DNA of 64,000 nucleotides from a virus. Within the stretch, counting starts at the first letter, position 1. The number at the start of each line of letters is the position of its first letter. Below the pieces are notes generated by a model. The model ran no database searches. It had not been told where the DNA came from and saw only the letters and a program-made list of their open reading frames with translations. Shown in pieces: positions 20,901 to 31,073 of the stretch. A program made the translations under genes and the position numbers. Location: positions 25,793 to 89,792 of the IMG/VR virus record IMGVR_UViG_3300032093_000060. The stretch is one strand, 5' to 3'.

Positions 20901-23485
20901 GTACCACTTCCAAATGTTTCAAAGTATGCACCACCAGTAGTCATATAAGTATTTAATTGACCCTTAAAGTTTCCAGGACCAGAAAATAAAGTATTGTATA
21001 CATCATTATAGTAAGTTTGACCACCAACATTATTTAAGAATATTGGATCACCTTGACCTTGTTGATCATAGTTATCACCATCAATTTTAGTATTAATGTT
21101 ACTTATTACTGTTGTAAATCCACCACTATTACCATTAGGTCCATTTATTGTGTTAGTTGCAGCACCACCATCAATTTTTAATTTAGCTTCAAATTGTGGA
21201 TCAAAGTTACCAGCAGGATAATTAATCTTAACTTCTCCAAGTCCTTTTAGTATAGCATTAATTACTCCTGTTGCAATTGCAAATGGAAGAATCTTATTAG
21301 ATATTAATTTGAACTGTGGATGTTTGCTTGGTTCAATAAAATATTGATATGCATCTCCTCTCAAACTTCCATAAATTTTAAGTTCAGTAGTAGATAGATA
21401 TGGATTAATAAAACTAGTATCCGGAGAGTGAAATGAAATTATATCTCTTGGAATAAACTGGTTTTCTTTGTCGTTATTGTTATCTCTTACTGTTATATAA
21501 GGATCATTAAATACATAATTATAATTACCTGGATTAGTTAAATCATTTAGTTTAGGAACAATACAATTAAATGGATAGTTAGCATAAAGACCATCTACTC
21601 CAGCATCTTGCGCACTTCCTCTAGGATTATAATTTCTAAAATTATTAATCATACCTTTTGCAAGAACACTCTTATTACCGTGTCTTGAACCTCTTAATAT
21701 TTCATAACCAACAATTCCCGGTATATCATTACCATCATTATCTTTTGGAAATATAATATTTTTAAATTCTACCCCCATTAATCTAATTACAAATTCACCA
21801 TTTTGTTTTCTTGCAAAATGATAAGCTTGTCCAAACAAATCATTATCAGGAAATCTGTGGTGTCTAATATATTTTCCACAAAGATCATAATCAGGATTTG
21901 TAGTTTGTGTCCAACAGTGTGAAGATGAATTCCATATAAATGGTTTAGTATCGGGATATTTTTCAGTTGACTGCCAATAACCCATTTTACCTTTTGCAAC
22001 TACAAGACCTCCATCTGGAAGTGTAGATTGAACTGCTGAAGTTACAGAAGCTGTATTTATACTTTGAAACAACATTGTATCTCCAGGTAAAGTAACTCCT
22101 GTTGTATTAGAAAAACCATCTGTCTCAAGTGGATAGTTTACTCCAGCATACGTATAACTTCCAGGAGGTCTTCCTGGAATATGATATGAAGCTGATTTAT
22201 CTCCAGTATCATAGACCCATCTAATAAAGAATGAGTAAACCTCATCTCTTAAATAAGATGTATGTTTCCCACCATTATTATAATAAGTTTCTGGATATTC
22301 AACAGCTACCCACTCTGCCTCTATTAAGTTAGCTAAGGGTTGATAGTTAAAATCAAATTTACCTGTTGGCCCTATTCTTAATAAATAACTATTTACTTCA
22401 GACATCTGAGCAGATTTTTCAAAAACAGGATTTTGTAATATTAAATCTTCTACAGGTACAGTAACTGTTGTTTCACGTATTTGATCTAAAAGAATTGTTT
22501 TTGTTCTAGTAGAATAATATCCAATTCTTTTTGCACTTAAGTTCTGATCTATAAATCTTACAACAACAAGTTCAAACTCTTCAAAATGTTCTGAGTCAGC
22601 ATCAACTGTAATTTCAAATGATCCTCTAAAGTTTACTTCATTCCAAACAGGTTGAATATAACTTGCTGAGAAATAGTTAGTTACTCTGTTTCTATTAATA
22701 ACATATGCTGCGGTAATAGCATATGAGCCATTTTCTAAAACTCCTTGTTGATCAGAAATATTAATATCAAAGCATGGAGTCTTTACTAATGATGCTAATC
22801 TTATTGCATCACAGTTTAAAGTATTTGTTGGATTACATATTTTACATGGAGTGGGCCCTACTCCAGGTTGCGTAACACATTTTTCATCCCATGCAACATT
22901 TGGCCAAAGTATTAAATTACCAGATTGATCTGAGTAATAGTTTATATTTGGTCCAGGACCTACCCAAACATAATTATGTGAAGGCCATGACTTTGGATCT
23001 CCTATATTTAATACTCTATCTGGATTTAAATTATCTGCCCAATAAACTTGCCATGTACAGTCATCTTTTAATTTTGATGCTCCTGTTATTAAATGTAATT
23101 TGCTAAAGTTTAAACAGTTATCCTGAACTATTGGTCTATAACTACACAGATCAGATTCAAACAATCCAATTTCAGAATTTAAAGCTTTTGAATTTTGTAC
23201 ATCATAAGCAACAGAATAAACAACCCACTTATCACTAAATAAATGTATAGCACCTATGATATAGGTAAACTGAGAATTCATTGTTGTTCCAACTAGAGCA
23301 CACAATGCATTAGATTCTTCATTAGATAATGTACCAAGATCTCCTTCTGCTGTATTATTTACAGCATTCCGGGCATGTGTCCACATACCCTCTTGTACAA
23401 ATAAAGGATCAGCATCTTTATTTAATCCCTTTATAAATGAATTACTTTGCGTAGAAGAAGCATCAGCTTGTTGTTTTTTAGCCAT
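17939..23485 (-). CDS. Tail stabilisation / muzzle protein (P22 gp10-like, crAss Tstab)
   Basis: N-terminal FIKGLNKD...ARNAVN...GTLSNEESN; YWADNLNPDR; SYLRDEVYSFFIRW; C-terminal WTVSY..WISYHDWHP; follows the ring-protein genes. Confidence 0.75.
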   Translation of the reverse strand: MAKKQQADASSTQSNSFIKGLNKDADPLFVQEGMWTHARNAVNNTAEGDLGTLSNEESNALCALVGTTMNSQFTYIIGAIHLFSDKWVVYSVAYDVQNSKALNSEIGLFESDLCSYRPIVQDNCLNFSKLHLITGASKLKDDCTWQVYWADNLNPDRVLNIGDPKSWPSHNYVWVGPGPNINYYSDQSGNLILWPNVAWDEKCVTQPGVGPTPCKICNPTNTLNCDAIRLASLVKTPCFDINISDQQGVLENGSYAITAAYVINRNRVTNYFSASYIQPVWNEVNFRGSFEITVDADSEHFEEFELVVVRFIDQNLSAKRIGYYSTRTKTILLDQIRETTVTVPVEDLILQNPVFEKSAQMSEVNSYLLRIGPTGKFDFNYQPLANLIEAEWVAVEYPETYYNNGGKHTSYLRDEVYSFFIRWVYDTGDKSASYHIPGRPPGSYTYAGVNYPLETDGFSNTTGVTLPGDTMLFQSINTASVTSAVQSTLPDGGLVVAKGKMGYWQSTEKYPDTKPFIWNSSSHCWTQTTNPDYDLCGKYIRHHRFPDNDLFGQAYHFARKQNGEFVIRLMGVEFKNIIFPKDNDGNDIPGIVGYEILRGSRHGNKSVLAKGMINNFRNYNPRGSAQDAGVDGLYANYPFNCIVPKLNDLTNPGNYNYVFNDPYITVRDNNNDKENQFIPRDIISFHSPDTSFINPYLSTTELKIYGSLRGDAYQYFIEPSKHPQFKLISNKILPFAIATGVINAILKGLGEVKINYPAGNFDPQFEAKLKIDGGAATNTINGPNGNSGGFTTVISNINTKIDGDNYDQQGQGDPIFLNNVGGQTYYNDVYNTLFSGPGNFKGQLNTYMTTGGAYFETFGSGTSLESIFSSTYEQVAQDGKYITTPTYDKTYTGYQMLGPAISGFLSAATSGGQLLFYFVEGMNLAIDTIYAIIRKRQYALELVGHGDYNAFVNPDYSQDRRFIMNEGIYINDQLQALPEYYNSSNNLVQYRINNIKRPKLVVLRTTRGNGQTDGPHYILDSNGYSIDQSLMTLGYAIDTFNPLAGNPATYLIGAQYLNFVKNKVNWTEQGKSKNFINKIASHYVGIKYRIENQYGQIDTIQQVVATPCEQKIDFNATTGANSVATSFFGTVCNINNFSQSKLYTPTFFGGDTYITRFTEKNIMHFFYDWLYDVPDNIEWNYFLNQMIPEPKFQVNSQPWDISDFSLSNILQAFTNNPDYGQGILPSSYYDLDSPFYSKQFNTSLAYPGLFGVKNSYFYTSANGIRDFFVESDVIVDFRDRGNFPWQNSYNKYRFTDLESLFDSDPQVLTKGNFYAYDYTLSASRFLFNQYFTAGYLQGYSYDPNVAELCYVSYPNRITYSLPQQENSEIDAWLTFLPLNKVDFKSKLSSVRNFAKTGMFITFENDSPLIYQGVDTIQLDDSGTKVTVGDGGLFNQAPQNIVVAEKPYEYGSSQNKYGVVSTPAGLFYISQNQGKVFSYRQGLQEISQSGMKWWFSEFLPFKLLEDFPDYPHTDNPVAGIACMASYDNDNSVLYFSKKDYRLKEQYKGLVTYNADIDSFIVPGAVLPNGQGISMKAKIGDSRYFEDASWTVSYDPKLEFWISYHDWHPNFYVPSKGTFLTTKGNGIWKHSAFCNDYCNFYGVQYPFEVELPVPTAQMTNTVKSIEYYLECYKRDRALCVDQFHVLDYNFDQAIIHNSEQVSGYLNLNLYPKNDIPLSLQFPKLNSNQNGYDILYSKEEHKYRINQFWDITKNRGEFPIGSPYPPGQGPYFPSPDSTVLLGNYDERNIWVTSPNGYVKDLNNLNLDYTKPELQRKKFRHYINFIKLSKSNSRDTNMILKIVNTKTTFSPR

Positions 23486-23486
23486 A

Positions 23487-24500
23487 TCACAATACTCTTA
23501 ACCTGTTATAGTTTCTATAGTAATCATTATTAGGAGAATGACTCTTAAACATATCATAGTATTTACCGTACATGGCTTTTCTATTTGATTCCCAAAGTTT
23601 CTCAAGTTCTCTAAAGTTTGGAGTATTAACTAAACTCAATGCATTATTTCTTGCCATTTTTAGTTTAGGTACAATCAATTGTAATCTTTGAGCAACATCT
23701 TCTCCATTCATAAATAGATTTTCAAGTATCCTTTCTTTTAAGGCATACTCATAATATTCATTAAGAAGTTCATGATCAGGAACTAATAAATTACCATTAT
23801 CATCTTCTAACTGACCTTGATAATTTAAATATACGGTACCTTCTTTAAATGTAGTATATAAGAATCCAAACTTAATCCAACCTTCATTAGTAGTATTATG
23901 ATATAAATTTGGACAGTCACATTCTATTTCTTGACTTGGTTTCATCCTTAATGGTGAAGTATATTTGTAAACCCTAGTTTGAGTAGGATTTACAACTTGT
24001 ACTAATTCATATGCATCACCTTTACAATTAACAAATACTCTTGGTTTTACCATTCTTGGTGGAGTACATGTGTCACCATATGGTTGTTCAGGATTGTGTG
24101 TAACACAAACTCCTTCCTTACCATTGTAACAACATGGTTGATGTGCCGGAGCCTCACAACAGTTTAATGTTGTTTTAGAAGGAAACTCTTGATATGGTAT
24201 TTCTTCAATATGTGTACCACCTGTTGGATAACTTGAATAATGAACATACTCACCACAAACCAATGCATAATTAAAAGTATAGAAATCATCTGGCAACTTT
24301 ACTTTACCATGATGCACATCTAAAAGAATTTCTCTTTGTTGATTTATTCTTAAACCCAATTCATAATTAAGCTTTCTAACTAATTTAATTAGTTGTTGTG
24401 GCTCAATCATATTTTCAAGAGCAAATGTATTAAGATCTACACTAACTTCTTCTAGAAGCTGATCAAAGGTTCTATATTTGAGAGTATAATTAAAATCCAT
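23487..24500 (-). CDS. Tail tubular / ring protein (crAss Ttub-like)
   Basis: KVKLPDDF, VYLNYQG..DDNGNLLVPD motifs; directly upstream of the muzzle gene. Confidence 0.7.
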   Translation of the reverse strand: MDFNYTLKYRTFDQLLEEVSVDLNTFALENMIEPQQLIKLVRKLNYELGLRINQQREILLDVHHGKVKLPDDFYTFNYALVCGEYVHYSSYPTGGTHIEEIPYQEFPSKTTLNCCEAPAHQPCCYNGKEGVCVTHNPEQPYGDTCTPPRMVKPRVFVNCKGDAYELVQVVNPTQTRVYKYTSPLRMKPSQEIECDCPNLYHNTTNEGWIKFGFLYTTFKEGTVYLNYQGQLEDDNGNLLVPDHELLNEYYEYALKERILENLFMNGEDVAQRLQLIVPKLKMARNNALSLVNTPNFRELEKLWESNRKAMYGKYYDMFKSHSPNNDYYRNYNRLRVL

Positions 24501-25162
24501 TATCTTAAAATATTTTGACCGTCATCTGCACCATCTACAGGTATTTGAGCAATCATTGTTAATTCTTTTAATGCAAATTGCTCTACTTCAGAAAATAAAT
24601 ATTCTGGTACATTTAATGGTTGATCTTGAATAAGTTGGCACTCATCACTATCACATGTAGGAACATCATTTTCAAATATAGCTTCAATTCTAATTGCATC
24701 CCAATCTACATTTGGAACATATATATAACCATTAAGATACCAGAAGTATGGTCTCTTATTATATTTGAATGTTGTTGTTTTAGTCATAGAAACCCAAGTA
24801 CCTGGATCTGTTCTAAACATTTCTATACTACCATCTATTGAAGATGTAGTGCGTATAATAGGACCAAACATACCATCTAGTATGCTAGGAAGTTTATCCT
24901 TAGATCTTTTAAAGTAACAACCTGAATAAACTCCAATACAACCAGCTTCTACTTTGTCTACATCAATAAGTTCAACATAAGGAAGCACTTTGAATATAGA
25001 ACTAATTTTCATTAATCTAAATTGATTGTCTTCTCTTTTAAGCAATGTTTTAGAATACTTTGTAAGTACAAAATATATTTGCCTATCAGTTAAGAAAGGA
25101 TCCTCCTTAACAGCTTTTAGTGCATTTCTAACTCTTGATATAGCTTCTCCAATTGTGGTCAT
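24500..25162 (-). CDS. Tail ring protein
   Basis: T(I)GEAISRVRN...LTDRQI start and YLNGYIY...IEAIFEN typical of crAss-like ring proteins; gene order. Confidence 0.6.
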   Translation of the reverse strand: MTTIGEAISRVRNALKAVKEDPFLTDRQIYFVLTKYSKTLLKREDNQFRLMKISSIFKVLPYVELIDVDKVEAGCIGVYSGCYFKRSKDKLPSILDGMFGPIIRTTSSIDGSIEMFRTDPGTWVSMTKTTTFKYNKRPYFWYLNGYIYVPNVDWDAIRIEAIFENDVPTCDSDECQLIQDQPLNVPEYLFSEVEQFALKELTMIAQIPVDGADDGQNILR

Positions 25163-25740
25163 AAATCAAACTCATTATAAGTTTTTAAAGCTTCTTTTTC
25201 TTTTTCAGCGGCTATGTTTCTATACACAGCCTTTTGATATATTTCTCTTAGTTTTGTTGCAGCATCTACCACAACATACATGTTCCAATTCTCAGGATAA
25301 TTTTTAGAAACTGCTCTTTTAAATTCCCTACATGCTACAAAACTCCAAAACTCTTTATTCTTCATCTTATGTTTTGGTGCATGGCTTGTAAAAAATATTT
25401 TAGCAAGTTTACCGTCAGTGTCAAAGTTTTTGTTTGTAACAGTAACACCATACTTATGGGACTTGGCATAATCAACATTTGTCTTTTTACTTCTCTGACA
25501 TGTTCCGATAAATAACCAACCAATTGTTTCTGGTAACTGTACCCCATCTCTTTTTTCAATAACAGTATTAAAAACTAATTTATTAAATGACTTAATTATA
25601 TTTCTCAAGTCTTCATTTGTATAGTCTTTATACTTACTATGCTTCTTTCTAAAATTATCAAAGAACGTTTTATCTAACACACTGTACACCTCTGGTCTAT
25701 ACCTTGGTGCTTTTAAATCTGGTTTCTTAAATTCCTTCAT
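25159..25740 (-). CDS. IHF/HU-like DNA-binding protein (crAss-like conserved position)
   Basis: Basic; IIKSFN..VIEKRDGVQLPETIG resembles the HU/IHF helix-strand region; position next to ring genes. Confidence 0.45.
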   Translation of the reverse strand: MKEFKKPDLKAPRYRPEVYSVLDKTFFDNFRKKHSKYKDYTNEDLRNIIKSFNKLVFNTVIEKRDGVQLPETIGWLFIGTCQRSKKTNVDYAKSHKYGVTVTNKNFDTDGKLAKIFFTSHAPKHKMKNKEFWSFVACREFKRAVSKNYPENWNMYVVVDAATKLREIYQKAVYRNIAAEKEKEALKTYNEFDL

Positions 25741-25782
25741 ATTAATATACTAAAAATAAATGACTTTAGCAAATATAGGTAT

Positions 25783-25813
25783 AAAAACAAAACCCCCACG
25801 AGTGTAGGGGTCT
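25783..25813 (-). terminator. Rho-independent terminator
   Basis: Minus strand reads GACCCCTACACTCGTGGGGGTTTTGTTTTT: GC hairpin plus U tract. Confidence 0.7.
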
Positions 25814-25849
25814 TGCCTGCTTGTTACAGAAACCAACAAACCTGCAACG

Positions 25850-27022
25850 TTATCCTATGACAGTAACTCTAATTGCACCACCACCAAATGCTGCATCATT
25901 AACATCTATTGTGTTTGAACTTGTAATAGTGTAAGTGTAGTCAACACCAGGAACTAAACCATTTAAAGGTGGAAGACCATCTCCAGAAACAGCAACAACA
26001 ACATCTAGTGTACCTAAGTTATGTGTAATAGTAACACTACCTGCTCCTGGAAGAACGGTTGGTGTTGAATATTTATTCAAAGTAGTTCGAATAGTAATAT
26101 CTGTACTTGTTGAACCTAATAAAATTCCAGTACCTGCTTTTAATCCTTTAGTAGCTAAAGCAGGACCAGTTCCATCATTTACTAATGACTCATGAGTAGT
26201 AGTACCTGCATCTGCTAAAGTAACAGCTGAACCAGTATCAGTATTGGTAATAGTAAAATTAGGGTAAGTACCTGAAGTAGAAATACCTGCTCCAGCTGTA
26301 AGTACTACTGGTACATTTGGTGCTGAGTTAGTAATAGTTACATCAGTAGCTGTGCTTGAAAGAGTAATTCCTGTACCAGCAGTTAAACCTTTAGTTGCTA
26401 ATGCTGGACCTACACCATCATTAACAAGGGATTCAGTTCCACCAGCAGAAGTCAAAGATGCTTCAATAATACTTGCTGGAACAACAGATGCACCAGTAAC
26501 ATGTCCAAAAGTATCAAATGTAAAGAATACATCTTGAATAAAAGTATTACCTGAATTATTACTATTTATATCGGCTACAGATGATGTATCAGCATGAGAT
26601 ATAGTAACTGTTCCTGTAAATGGATTTGGAGATACTAAAATACCTGGTCCTGCAAGAATTGATGCTAAAATATCATTCTGAAATACGGTATCAAAATATG
26701 CTTGAAGTGCTGGAATATCTACAGATACCGTATATGTAGTTACATTTCCAACAGTATTAGGAACTACATCAATATATGTTGATCCTACAACCACGGTTAC
26801 AGGAGCATTTGTATTACAGATGAAGTTTACTAGTTTAGTAATTACAGTATCTAAGTAATCATATCTGCTAATAACAGTTGTTTGATTACATACTACGTCT
26901 GTACCGGTATAAACAATGCATTGTGCATTAAACACTTCCGGACAAGAAGGTGGGCATGGAGTAGTTACTACATAAGTATCTGTGCACCCACAAGTGTTAC
27001 AATTTGAATTTGAAGTTGCCAT
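25850..27022 (-). CDS. Tail fibre-like structural protein (390 aa)
   Basis: Cys-rich N-terminus; duplicated ESLVNDG.GPALATKGL.AGTGI repeat; C-terminal ITHNLGT..V.V motif. Confidence 0.65.
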   Translation of the reverse strand: MATSNSNCNTCGCTDTYVVTTPCPPSCPEVFNAQCIVYTGTDVVCNQTTVISRYDYLDTVITKLVNFICNTNAPVTVVVGSTYIDVVPNTVGNVTTYTVSVDIPALQAYFDTVFQNDILASILAGPGILVSPNPFTGTVTISHADTSSVADINSNNSGNTFIQDVFFTFDTFGHVTGASVVPASIIEASLTSAGGTESLVNDGVGPALATKGLTAGTGITLSSTATDVTITNSAPNVPVVLTAGAGISTSGTYPNFTITNTDTGSAVTLADAGTTTHESLVNDGTGPALATKGLKAGTGILLGSTSTDITIRTTLNKYSTPTVLPGAGSVTITHNLGTLDVVVAVSGDGLPPLNGLVPGVDYTYTITSSNTIDVNDAAFGGGAIRVTVIG

Positions 27023-27054
27023 TTTTTTTATTTTTATTAAACATATATATACAA

Positions 27055-28779
27055 TTAACTACATGGGTTAGGTGTAGGAATAACTGGATCACAAGGAGCA
27101 ACAAAAGCTCTCATACCATCTATTCTTATTATAAACCCTCCCAGTTGATCTGCATGACCAGCATTTTGACTAAATTTCCATTCATCATCTACTTGAAATA
27201 TTTCAGCATTATAAGGATTTGATTGCGGTGCTGGCGGTATAGCAGGAGTAGGTGCATTATAACTTGATGGTGCAGCAGGTATAAATGTTGGTATTTTTTC
27301 TCCAGCAATTGGATTACTTATCATGCTTCTACCAATTCCACTATACTCCCAACCAGAAGTGGCTGAAGCATATGTCTCATCATATAAAGGACCTCCCCAA
27401 AACAATACACCAGTGCTTGAAATTGAAAGACTTCCTAATGAATGTAAGGCAGCATTTTTACCACCAGTAGTTCTTACAGTTCTAAAAATAATAGTTCTTG
27501 TTCCACCTCCTAATGCATATGATCCATCTAAGTTTTGTCCAGGTGAAAGTATACCAGCAGGTATTACAGAATTACCACGATTAAAACTTAATCCAATACC
27601 ATCATTTCCTGAAGCCCATGCAGCATTAGCATATGTAACTATTAAACATGAGTCAGGTGCATTTCCTGATTGTACTGTGTTAAATGTATTACCATAATCT
27701 AATAAAATATAATCATCAGCATCTGTAGAAACTTGTATATTTCCTCCACCACCAGAATTTCCAGTACCCATTGGTACCACAATATATCCTCTAAAATGTA
27801 CTTCATTTCCAATTCTTCTACATTGTGGTCTACCTGGATTAGATGACATAAATGCAAAACCATTTAAATTAATCCATCCTGTATCCTGTACTTGAGCTGT
27901 TAAAGTTCCTGATGTATAAGTTAAGTTAACCGTAGTTGTATCTTGAACAGCAAATGATATATTTTGAACTGCATTATAAACATCACATAATGCTACCCAG
28001 ATATTATTTATTGCATCTGCTACAGTATTGTATGAAGCAGACTCAATCCAATTTGGATTATCTGAAAATGGAGTTCCAGTTGTTAATTGTAAATCAGCAT
28101 CTAAAATACAAATAGCATTTACAGCTGATAATAAATCACTTGTGCTTCCTGTAGCTGCATAGTAACCACACCAAACATTATTGATAAACTGCTCTAGTGT
28201 TACATTAATTGCTTGAGTTGAACCAGTAGGTAATGACCCTATTGTACATCCTAAAGTAAAAGATGGGATTACAAATGTTGGTGCCGGTGTATTTTCTAAA
28301 ATAGTTACTCTAATATCTAAAGCATCAATCTGATCTTGTAAATCAGCAATTGATGCAATAAGATCACAGATCTTATTAGCAAGCATTTGCACATAATCAA
28401 GTAACTGCATTGTTGCAGGAAGACTTTGATCTGTTTCTCTTAAACAAGATGCAACAGATACTAAACAATCAGGACAAGCAGAAGTATCTTTAATATCTGC
28501 TGGAACACCTTGAAGTTCACAAATCTTATTAATAAGTAATTGAATAAGAGCTTGAAAATCTTTTGGACCGCATGCTGTAATACCTAAACAAGTAAGATCA
28601 TAGTTAGTCACATTTGTTTGATCAAGCAAAGTACAAAGTTCAGTAGCAAGAGCAGCAACAACATCTGATACAGTATCCCCTTTACATATATTGATACATG
28701 AGATGTCTGGTCCTTGCCAAATAACACAGTTACTTGAAATTGGACTACATGGTTTATTATCTAAGTTTAATGGCTTCAT
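27055..28779 (-). CDS. Tail fibre-like structural protein (574 aa)
   Basis: CSPISSNCVIWQGPDI.C N-terminus, coiled coil, DTGW...RRIGNEVHFRG fibre-type motif. Confidence 0.65.
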   Translation of the reverse strand: MKPLNLDNKPCSPISSNCVIWQGPDISCINICKGDTVSDVVAALATELCTLLDQTNVTNYDLTCLGITACGPKDFQALIQLLINKICELQGVPADIKDTSACPDCLVSVASCLRETDQSLPATMQLLDYVQMLANKICDLIASIADLQDQIDALDIRVTILENTPAPTFVIPSFTLGCTIGSLPTGSTQAINVTLEQFINNVWCGYYAATGSTSDLLSAVNAICILDADLQLTTGTPFSDNPNWIESASYNTVADAINNIWVALCDVYNAVQNISFAVQDTTTVNLTYTSGTLTAQVQDTGWINLNGFAFMSSNPGRPQCRRIGNEVHFRGYIVVPMGTGNSGGGGNIQVSTDADDYILLDYGNTFNTVQSGNAPDSCLIVTYANAAWASGNDGIGLSFNRGNSVIPAGILSPGQNLDGSYALGGGTRTIIFRTVRTTGGKNAALHSLGSLSISSTGVLFWGGPLYDETYASATSGWEYSGIGRSMISNPIAGEKIPTFIPAAPSSYNAPTPAIPPAPQSNPYNAEIFQVDDEWKFSQNAGHADQLGGFIIRIDGMRAFVAPCDPVIPTPNPCS

Positions 28780-28805
28780 AGTGATATCTATTTATAATAT
28801 ACAAA

Positions 28806-30860
28806 TTAATTTCCACAATTGCAAGTAGAATATGTTTTTCCTGAACTGCATGAACAAGGACACTCAGGACACTTATAATTAGGATCCTTGAGAGCTTGTA
28901 AATCTATCAATTCTTTTAAGAGTAACCACTTCTCATCTTCATCTGGACAACAGTTTGTAATCCCATATCTTTTTTCTAAAACAATCTTGTACATAATATC
29001 TGCAAAACGACATGTGATCTCATCATATCTATCAGAGTTACAGTTAGGTGTATTATATCCTGGACGTACTGTTCTATTATTTACAAAGACCGGATGAGGA
29101 CAAACACCATTTTGACATGTACCAAATGTTTCTACATATAGAAATTGACCTTCTGGTAAGTCTGGAAGTATCCACCTCTTAGCACAAATTTTATCAGAAG
29201 TTTCATTTACTAATAATGTAATTTCTACTTCATTATTTTCACAATCAATATAACTTACTGTTTTTGTTGACGCTGTAAGATTTGTGATTTTATTGCAAAG
29301 ACATGGTGCATCTACAAAACAATCTTCACATGTTTCAAAATTAGATACTACAACTACATCTGTAGTTTGTGTAAACACTCTTGTTTCTGTTACTTGCCAA
29401 CAGTTATCACAATTTTCAATTTTGATTACTTCACCAACATGTGTACTTAAGTTTGTTGTAGTGTACAGTATATTGGTTTGATCAAAGCAATCTACTAATT
29501 TATAGTATGTTTTTTTACATGCTGTACAATTCTCAAAAATAAAATCTACAACAACCGGTGTGTCTGTTGGAGGAGCAATTTTTATTTGTTCAACCAAATA
29601 ACATCCACAGTCTATTTCAATAGTTTGACCAATATATTGAGACAAATCTGTTGTAGTATAGAAATGCACTTGATCTGTGTCACAATCAATTAATTTATAT
29701 GCAATTACTGGAATACATGTTTCACAAGAACTATAAAATTGTGTAACTATTACTTCCTGTGCACAATCACAGTCATCAGTGATTTCAATTTCCCAACACC
29801 CTTCTTGACCTACAATTACAACTACTTGGTTATTTAAATAATATTGATTTAAATTTGATTGAGTAGTAATTGTTTCACCAGTTTGACAATTAGTAAGTAA
29901 ATAACATACTTCAGGACATTCTCCATCTATACAAGGAAAACCTTGAACTACTTGATACTCACCAGGAGTTCCTGTTACCCATGGATATACTCTTGAACAA
30001 AACTCATTTGCTGTTGGATCTTTTACAACTTGATTGTCACAGTTAATGTATTGCAATTGCCTTACAGTTCCTGTAATATTATAACATAAACAAGGACATG
30101 GGGCAATGGCTACTGCATTAAATATGACATCTACTGCATTTGAACATGGAGTATCTTTTAAAATTACAAACCAAGTTCCAGCAATTGGACCTGCTTGATT
30201 TGATATTGTTATATACTGACCTATATAAGCTGATAGATCAGTATTAGTATCAAAGAATAAGCCTTCACAGTTTACTAATGTATAACATGGAGGAGGTGGA
30301 CACTCTGGACATTCCCCTGCATAGTCATCACATTCAGCATCAAAGCTTGCTCCATATACAATAAAATTAGCAGGAGGAGGTGGTGCAGGTAGGTTAATGA
30401 ATTCATTAAAATCTATTTCAATAACTTCTACTGAATAACATGAATTTATAAATCCCGGAGGTAATGCAAACAATGGACTTGGTGCAATTACACCACCATA
30501 TTGTAAATAGTCATTTCCTTGAAATTCAAAAAAGTTGTTTTTATCACAACAACTTGAGAATATCATTTTTAAATATGGTGCTGGAATATCACATGGTATA
30601 CAGTCTGCACTTAAACATCCAAAATCTGTTACTGTAAAATCAGCAACATCAGGTGCATTTGGATATAAGTTAAATACAGCACCCTGATAAGTAATGGTGT
30701 AACAATATCCGGTTTGGAAATTTACACCACCTGAAATTGTTGGTAGCCCAGTATAGACAAAAGTTCCATTAAGTGGTAATGTTGCATTTGGAATATTAAA
30801 AAGACCATCCTGATCTCCATCACAACAAGCAATTATTCTATAATAGGGTACTCCAGACAT
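28806..30860 (-). CDS. Highly Cys-rich repeat structural protein (684 aa), possible tail hub/fibre anchor
   Basis: Four or more repeats of Y.L..C......YT.TDLS.Y.GQ.I.I..C..CW; helical C-terminal domain. Confidence 0.55.
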   Translation of the reverse strand: MSGVPYYRIIACCDGDQDGLFNIPNATLPLNGTFVYTGLPTISGGVNFQTGYCYTITYQGAVFNLYPNAPDVADFTVTDFGCLSADCIPCDIPAPYLKMIFSSCCDKNNFFEFQGNDYLQYGGVIAPSPLFALPPGFINSCYSVEVIEIDFNEFINLPAPPPPANFIVYGASFDAECDDYAGECPECPPPPCYTLVNCEGLFFDTNTDLSAYIGQYITISNQAGPIAGTWFVILKDTPCSNAVDVIFNAVAIAPCPCLCYNITGTVRQLQYINCDNQVVKDPTANEFCSRVYPWVTGTPGEYQVVQGFPCIDGECPEVCYLLTNCQTGETITTQSNLNQYYLNNQVVVIVGQEGCWEIEITDDCDCAQEVIVTQFYSSCETCIPVIAYKLIDCDTDQVHFYTTTDLSQYIGQTIEIDCGCYLVEQIKIAPPTDTPVVVDFIFENCTACKKTYYKLVDCFDQTNILYTTTNLSTHVGEVIKIENCDNCWQVTETRVFTQTTDVVVVSNFETCEDCFVDAPCLCNKITNLTASTKTVSYIDCENNEVEITLLVNETSDKICAKRWILPDLPEGQFLYVETFGTCQNGVCPHPVFVNNRTVRPGYNTPNCNSDRYDEITCRFADIMYKIVLEKRYGITNCCPDEDEKWLLLKELIDLQALKDPNYKCPECPCSCSSGKTYSTCNCGN

Positions 30861-31054
30861 TATTGAGTATATTTTTTTAGTTCATCCACTTTGTTTGGTT
30901 CTTTTGTATAATCAATTTGAACCGGTTGTATTTTTGTTTTAAGAGATGCTTCATAAGATAATAAGCAAGTAGAACAAACTGCTTTTCCATCACTTGCGGT
31001 TCTTCTTTGACATCCACAAGAAAGAGCACTTTTACAATTTATACATGTTGACAT
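30860..31054 (-). CDS. Small Cys-rich (Zn-binding-like) protein
   Basis: CxxC...CGC...CxxC; coupled to the next gene; A-rich leader. Confidence 0.65.
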   Translation of the reverse strand: MSTCINCKSALSCGCQRRTASDGKAVCSTCLLSYEASLKTKIQPVQIDYTKEPNKVDELKKYTQ

Positions 31055-31073
31055 AGTTGTTGGTTTTTATAGT

